Source: a virus
Taxonomy: Duplodnaviria > Caudoviricetes
Direction: 5' to 3' (one strand)
Virus record (IMG/VR): IMGVR_UViG_3300009506_000044
Span: 1 to 52,914 of that record
DNA: 52,914 nt
The notes beneath the pieces were generated by a model that saw nothing but the letters and a program-made list of their open reading frames with translations, was not told where the DNA came from and made no database searches. Position 1 is the stretch's first letter. Each line of letters begins with the position of its first letter. Below, piece by piece: positions 48,504 through 52,914 of the stretch. The position numbers were made by a program, and so were the translations under genes.

Positions 48504-49355
48504 ATGACAAAACCAACCATAAGCGCGGCCATGATCGCGCGCAATGAGGAGCCGTACATATTCGACTGCCTGCAATCGATTGCAGAGGTAGCGGACGAAA
48601 TCGTCCTGGTGGATACCGGCAGCACCGACCGCACCGCAGAGATGGCAGCGGACCTGGGGGCGTCGGTATACCATTTCGAGTGGGATAACGATTATGCCGC
48701 GGCGCGTGATGAGTCGTTGCGGCACGTCACCGGTGACTGGATTTTCCAGATTGATCCGGACGAACGGCTGCGCCCTGCGTCTGTGCCGATTCTGCTGGAG
48801 GCCGTCAAAAAGACGGACCTCCTGCATTTCAATATTTCCGTACACAACCAGGGGAAACCTGATCCGGAGCCGGATGAAATTCCGCGATTGTTCCGCCGTG
48901 TCCCCGGCATGCACTATACGAGGCCGTACCACGAAACGGTGTGCCCGTTTTTCGAGAGGTATCTGAGCGAAAATCCTGGTTGGGTGCGGGGGTTCGTTGA
49001 GGGGATCGTCCTGGACCACGTCGGACATGCGACGCGTAGCCAGGATGAGATGACACAGAAAACGCTGAGAGCGATATACATTATGGAGCGTTGGCTACAG
49101 AAAAACCCCGACGATCTGTACATCGCCCAAAAATTGGTGGTGTCGTACGCGATGATACAGCGCACTCACCCGATGGTGATGCGCGATATCCGTAGCAACC
49201 AGGGAAATATTCTGCTGAACGTGATGGGGCGACGCCAGGAGGCGTGGGCCGCGTATGCTGGGGCGCTAACCTGGGATATTGAATATCGAAGGCAACTGCA
49301 AGAACTGGAGAAAAAACGTGGACATCGTGATACCATGCTACCGGCCTGGCAATGA
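48504..49355 (+). CDS. GT2 glycosyltransferase
   Basis: MIARNEE, VDTGSTDRT, IDPDE. Confidence 0.9.
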   Translation: MTKPTISAAMIARNEEPYIFDCLQSIAEVADEIVLVDTGSTDRTAEMAADLGASVYHFEWDNDYAAARDESLRHVTGDWIFQIDPDERLRPASVPILLEAVKKTDLLHFNISVHNQGKPDPEPDEIPRLFRRVPGMHYTRPYHETVCPFFERYLSENPGWVRGFVEGIVLDHVGHATRSQDEMTQKTLRAIYIMERWLQKNPDDLYIAQKLVVSYAMIQRTHPMVMRDIRSNQGNILLNVMGRRQEAWAAYAGALTWDIEYRRQLQELEKKRGHRDTMLPAWQ

Positions 49356-50988
49356 CCTGTCGAGGCTGCTGGCGGAAATCGTCCAGAAAACAGAGCAACC
49401 ATATCGGCTGCATCTGATCGCACATCGCGATAGCGCGGCAGTCAATCGTAATCTGGGTTTGCGGTGTAGCAATGGCGATATCGTGATCATGCTGGACGAT
49501 GATATTGAGAGTTTGCCGCTCTATTGGAATCGTATTTTGAGGATTCTGCTCGACGAGGACCAGAGCGTTTTGGCCGTATCGGCGCGGCTACTGCAAAAAA
49601 ACGGCGAGCCGGGGAAAAACACTGCCAACAATACGGACGTCAACCGTGATTATGTCGAGGTGAGCATGATCCCGACGGCGTGTTGCGCCTTCAGGGCGCC
49701 AAAAAACGGCCTGAAATTTGACGAAAACTTTAAAGTGGCCGGGTGGGAAGATACCGATTTTTTCACTGCCATGAAGGCCGAAAATCCGCAGGGCAAATTC
49801 GTTATAGACAATCGGTGCCAGGTGGTACACCGCAACGAGGAAAAGGGAGGCGGCGGTGCCGGGAATTTGTATAACCGTGACGTTTTCATGCACAAATGGT
49901 ACTCTCCGTCTCGGTTCAATAATCTCGCCGGAATAACGAAACGTGGGTGCATTGACGTTGGTCATCCGTGTAACATAGACTGCAAAATGTGCTATCACCG
50001 GCATGAGGACAGGTCTAAGCGGCGTTTTCTTCCGAAACAGGAAATCATGGCGCGGATGTTGCGAGACAAGGAACAGCTTGATCTGGAATGCATCGATTTT
50101 ACCGGAGGTGAGCCGACACTGCACCCGGACATGCCAGAAATCGTCGCATACGGCCGTCAGATCGGACTGCCGGTGTGCATAATATCGCACGGGCAGTGGC
50201 GCAATATGGAGCGGATGCGAGAGATTTTCGATGCCGGGCCGCTGGAGTTTCTCATGTCGATTCACGGTGTAGCAGAGGACCACGACGCACTGGTCAATCC
50301 AGGCGCGTATGAGCATATCATGCGGTCTATCGATATGCTGCAAGACGCCGACGCCGGTATCCCTTGGCGCGCAAACTGTGTAGTTACAAGGCAGAACCAC
50401 AAAAATCTCGACACCTACGCGATAGAACTCATAAACATGGCGTATCCGCCTGATAACGTTAATTTTATTGTGTTCAACCCTTTTGCTGGTTGGTCACAAA
50501 TGAAGGACATCGATTGCCAAGAAAAGCACTCGATTTTGGCTCCAAATATTGCAAGGGCAATAAATATTCTAAGCTCTGTTGCCATATGGTGCAATGTTAG
50601 GTATTTCCCTATGTGCCAGTTGCCGGGGCAGGAGAAACATGTTACGTGTTTCCCGCAAATCGTCTACGATCCGCTGGAGTGGGACGTGCGGTCATATTGC
50701 AATCTAAAACCGGAAGTGATCCAAGATTGCTACGATATCGGCCGCCGTGCAGGCGTGTGGGGTGAGACAGATCGCCATATTTTTTTCAATACGTGGTCGA
50801 TTCACAATTCGCATAATCTGTACCGCAAGCCGCCACAGTGCGTAAAATGCAGGAATTTCTTGATATGCGACGGCCTTGCGGTGCAATACCGTGACCGGTA
50901 TGGGGCCGGCGAGTTGCGTCCGCAGGATGGTGATTTGATCAGAGATCCAATATACTACCGCAGAGGTACACCGGGGGTGCAATCGTGA
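49318..50988 (+). CDS. GT2 - radical SAM fusion
   Basis: DIVIPCY, LDDD, GWEDTD; CNIDCKMC, FTGGEPTL, C-terminal CVKC..CDG. Confidence 0.88.
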   Translation: MDIVIPCYRPGNDLSRLLAEIVQKTEQPYRLHLIAHRDSAAVNRNLGLRCSNGDIVIMLDDDIESLPLYWNRILRILLDEDQSVLAVSARLLQKNGEPGKNTANNTDVNRDYVEVSMIPTACCAFRAPKNGLKFDENFKVAGWEDTDFFTAMKAENPQGKFVIDNRCQVVHRNEEKGGGGAGNLYNRDVFMHKWYSPSRFNNLAGITKRGCIDVGHPCNIDCKMCYHRHEDRSKRRFLPKQEIMARMLRDKEQLDLECIDFTGGEPTLHPDMPEIVAYGRQIGLPVCIISHGQWRNMERMREIFDAGPLEFLMSIHGVAEDHDALVNPGAYEHIMRSIDMLQDADAGIPWRANCVVTRQNHKNLDTYAIELINMAYPPDNVNFIVFNPFAGWSQMKDIDCQEKHSILAPNIARAINILSSVAIWCNVRYFPMCQLPGQEKHVTCFPQIVYDPLEWDVRSYCNLKPEVIQDCYDIGRRAGVWGETDRHIFFNTWSIHNSHNLYRKPPQCVKCRNFLICDGLAVQYRDRYGAGELRPQDGDLIRDPIYYRRGTPGVQS

Positions 50989-52181
50989 AAATTCTTCTGG
51001 GGCCGGGCCTGCATGACCCGAAGGGTAATGAGGCGTTCCTGGTGGCGGCGATGAAGCGGCATGCAAACGTGCGCACGTTCGATGCGCACGGTATTCACCA
51101 GCAGCCGGACGATTGGACGCCGGATGCGGTTATCGTCCGCGACGCGGAATATTATCCGATAATGCCGGGGATAGAAAATGTGGAATGCCCGATAATCGGA
51201 TTGGTCGGTGATTACAACCTGACACTGCCTCGCATGCTGCCGATTATGGGGATGTTCGACCATATTTTTTGTGATCTGCGAGGCGTTGAGCTGTTTTCGA
51301 AGCTGGGGCACCGCAATGTCGATTATTTTTGCCTGTACGGGTACGATCCGGGCCTGCACCGCGATTACGGCATGCCGAAAAATAATGACGTCGTATTCGT
51401 CGGAAATCTCAATTTTGCGGTCCAGCAGGACCGGGCGCGTTATCTGCACGACCTGCTGAAGCTGCGAGATCGGTACAAAATCGTGATAGCGTCGAATGTC
51501 TATGGCGAGGACTATGCGCGCCTGTTGAATTCTGCGCGAGTCGTGGCAAATTTTCCGGTGCGCGGTGAGCTTAACATGCGTTTTTTTGAGGCATACGGCT
51601 GCGGGGCGGTGTGTATGCAGCCTCTGAGCCAGGAGTTGATAGATTCTGGGTTTGATGACTATGAGGATTATACGCCTATCAAAGATGGTGATTGCGAATC
51701 CGGATTGAGATATGCGATTCGGTATTCTCGCAGCGATGCCAGCCGCGAGAAATTCGAGGAATTCACCTATGACCGCCAGGCGAAAGAGTTGATATCGAAT
51801 ATCGATGCCCTGCTGCCGACACTGGCCCCGAAGGCGCGGAAATTTCGCATTATGCCGGACGTGGAAAAAAACCGTCGCTGGGCGCAGTATCACGCGCCAT
51901 CGCATGATACACCACCGTGGGATAATCGTCTTTCCCTATTCGATCCGCGTTTAGTACGCTACCAGAAAGATATCGTGGATAACGTCGGTGACATCCCGAA
52001 TTTCAATTTCGATCAGTGGGCCTGGTGGATTGATCTTTTGCTGGCAAACGGGTATAATAATGCAGCGCAAGAGTTTATGGCAGAGAAGGAAGATATGCTA
52101 CGTTGCTTCGCTGGATTCGGGGCGATAAAAGAGAAGCTGCGAAAACGATTGAATGTTGAGGCTTATGGTTTTTGCCTTTAA
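50985..52181 (+). CDS. GT-B glycosyltransferase (CgeB-like)
   Basis: DVVFVGN, YGEDYARLLN, NMRFFEAYGCG. Confidence 0.85.
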   Translation: MKILLGPGLHDPKGNEAFLVAAMKRHANVRTFDAHGIHQQPDDWTPDAVIVRDAEYYPIMPGIENVECPIIGLVGDYNLTLPRMLPIMGMFDHIFCDLRGVELFSKLGHRNVDYFCLYGYDPGLHRDYGMPKNNDVVFVGNLNFAVQQDRARYLHDLLKLRDRYKIVIASNVYGEDYARLLNSARVVANFPVRGELNMRFFEAYGCGAVCMQPLSQELIDSGFDDYEDYTPIKDGDCESGLRYAIRYSRSDASREKFEEFTYDRQAKELISNIDALLPTLAPKARKFRIMPDVEKNRRWAQYHAPSHDTPPWDNRLSLFDPRLVRYQKDIVDNVGDIPNFNFDQWAWWIDLLLANGYNNAAQEFMAEKEDMLRCFAGFGAIKEKLRKRLNVEAYGFCL

Positions 52182-52199
52182 GAATAACGAGGATTAGGC

Positions 52200-52745
52200 A
52201 TGTCATATAAATTTTCCGACGGCATAGTTGAGCCAAGCCGAACGCATGAGGAAAAACTGGAGCATATCGATACTCATTATCGCCATTGGCTGAAGATGTC
52301 CGGCCTGAAGCATACGCAGGCTCAACGGGATGCGTTTGCCGCCGGTCTGCAATGCGGTGAGAGTAATACCATGCAGGAGCTGCGGTCGAGCGGGTACAAG
52401 CCTGCAGATGAGGCACCGCACTGCGTGTATTGCGACGAACCGATGCCGGAAGTCGTGTTGGCGCATCCCAAATGTGCTGAGAAACATCACCTGCGGTGTG
52501 AGTGTTGCGGAGAAAAGGTAGATGAGTTCTGTGAGGATGTTTCGGATGGCAAGTGGTGCCAGATAGAGGCGTCGATTGAAGAGATACGCGCCGCTGTGGA
52601 TTGGCTAAAGATGACGCTTGGCGGCCCGCATGGATTTCTGCCCGTAGATACCAGCGACAAGATAGAATGTCATATGATGTTCAAACCTGGCGATCCTGAA
52701 TTCAATGCGGCCATTACGTGCGATTATCCTGTGGGAACGCCTTGA
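52200..52745 (+). CDS. Hypothetical Cys-rich protein
   Basis: CVYC, CECC. Confidence 0.55.
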   Translation: MSYKFSDGIVEPSRTHEEKLEHIDTHYRHWLKMSGLKHTQAQRDAFAAGLQCGESNTMQELRSSGYKPADEAPHCVYCDEPMPEVVLAHPKCAEKHHLRCECCGEKVDEFCEDVSDGKWCQIEASIEEIRAAVDWLKMTLGGPHGFLPVDTSDKIECHMMFKPGDPEFNAAITCDYPVGTP

Positions 52746-52914
52746 TTTTGCTGGACTTGCGAGCTGCAATAAAAACATTGCGTTAAATCGCAAAAATATC
52801 AAAAAAATGTGTACAATTATCAAAAAAAGCATGTTTGGCGCAAGTTTTTTAAGCAAAACGTGTTGCAAAAAGTAACACAAAAGGTACTGTGACTGGCTTT
52901 TGACGAAGGTCGAC

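Noticed and set aside
49588-51905. Long antisense ORFs (49588-50400, 50955-51905 and similar elsewhere)
   Set aside because: Shadows of well-supported plus-strand genes, with no motifs.

Overview
A largely complete ~53 kb lambda-like siphophage genome. The terminase and tail proteins resemble those of Planctomycetota/PVC prophages, so that host is inferred. Gene order: terminase, head, tail, a leftward early operon, regulators, helicase-methyltransferase, iteron-bearing Rep and DnaB, then middle genes and glycosyltransferases. No integrase or endolysin was recognised. The accessory cargo is unusually rich. (1) A compact type V-F CRISPR module (tracrRNA-like RNA, 4-repeat array, intact 434-aa Cas12f) sits between terminase and portal. 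(2) An array-less type IV-B module (csf1-csf2-csf3-cysH-like) follows dnaB; a Cas11-like domain appears inserted inside Cas7, and Csf1 ends in a beta-clamp-type motif. (3) An FHA/GAF-like protein, a Ser/Thr kinase and a metacaspase lie in the late operon. (4) A GT2 / GT2-radical SAM / CgeB-like glycosylation cluster. (5) Two families of repeated intergenic RNA hairpins, nested palindromes, an atypical tRNA(UGU) and an amber-interrupted lipoprotein gene. All calls come from motif reading by eye; no database searches were run.
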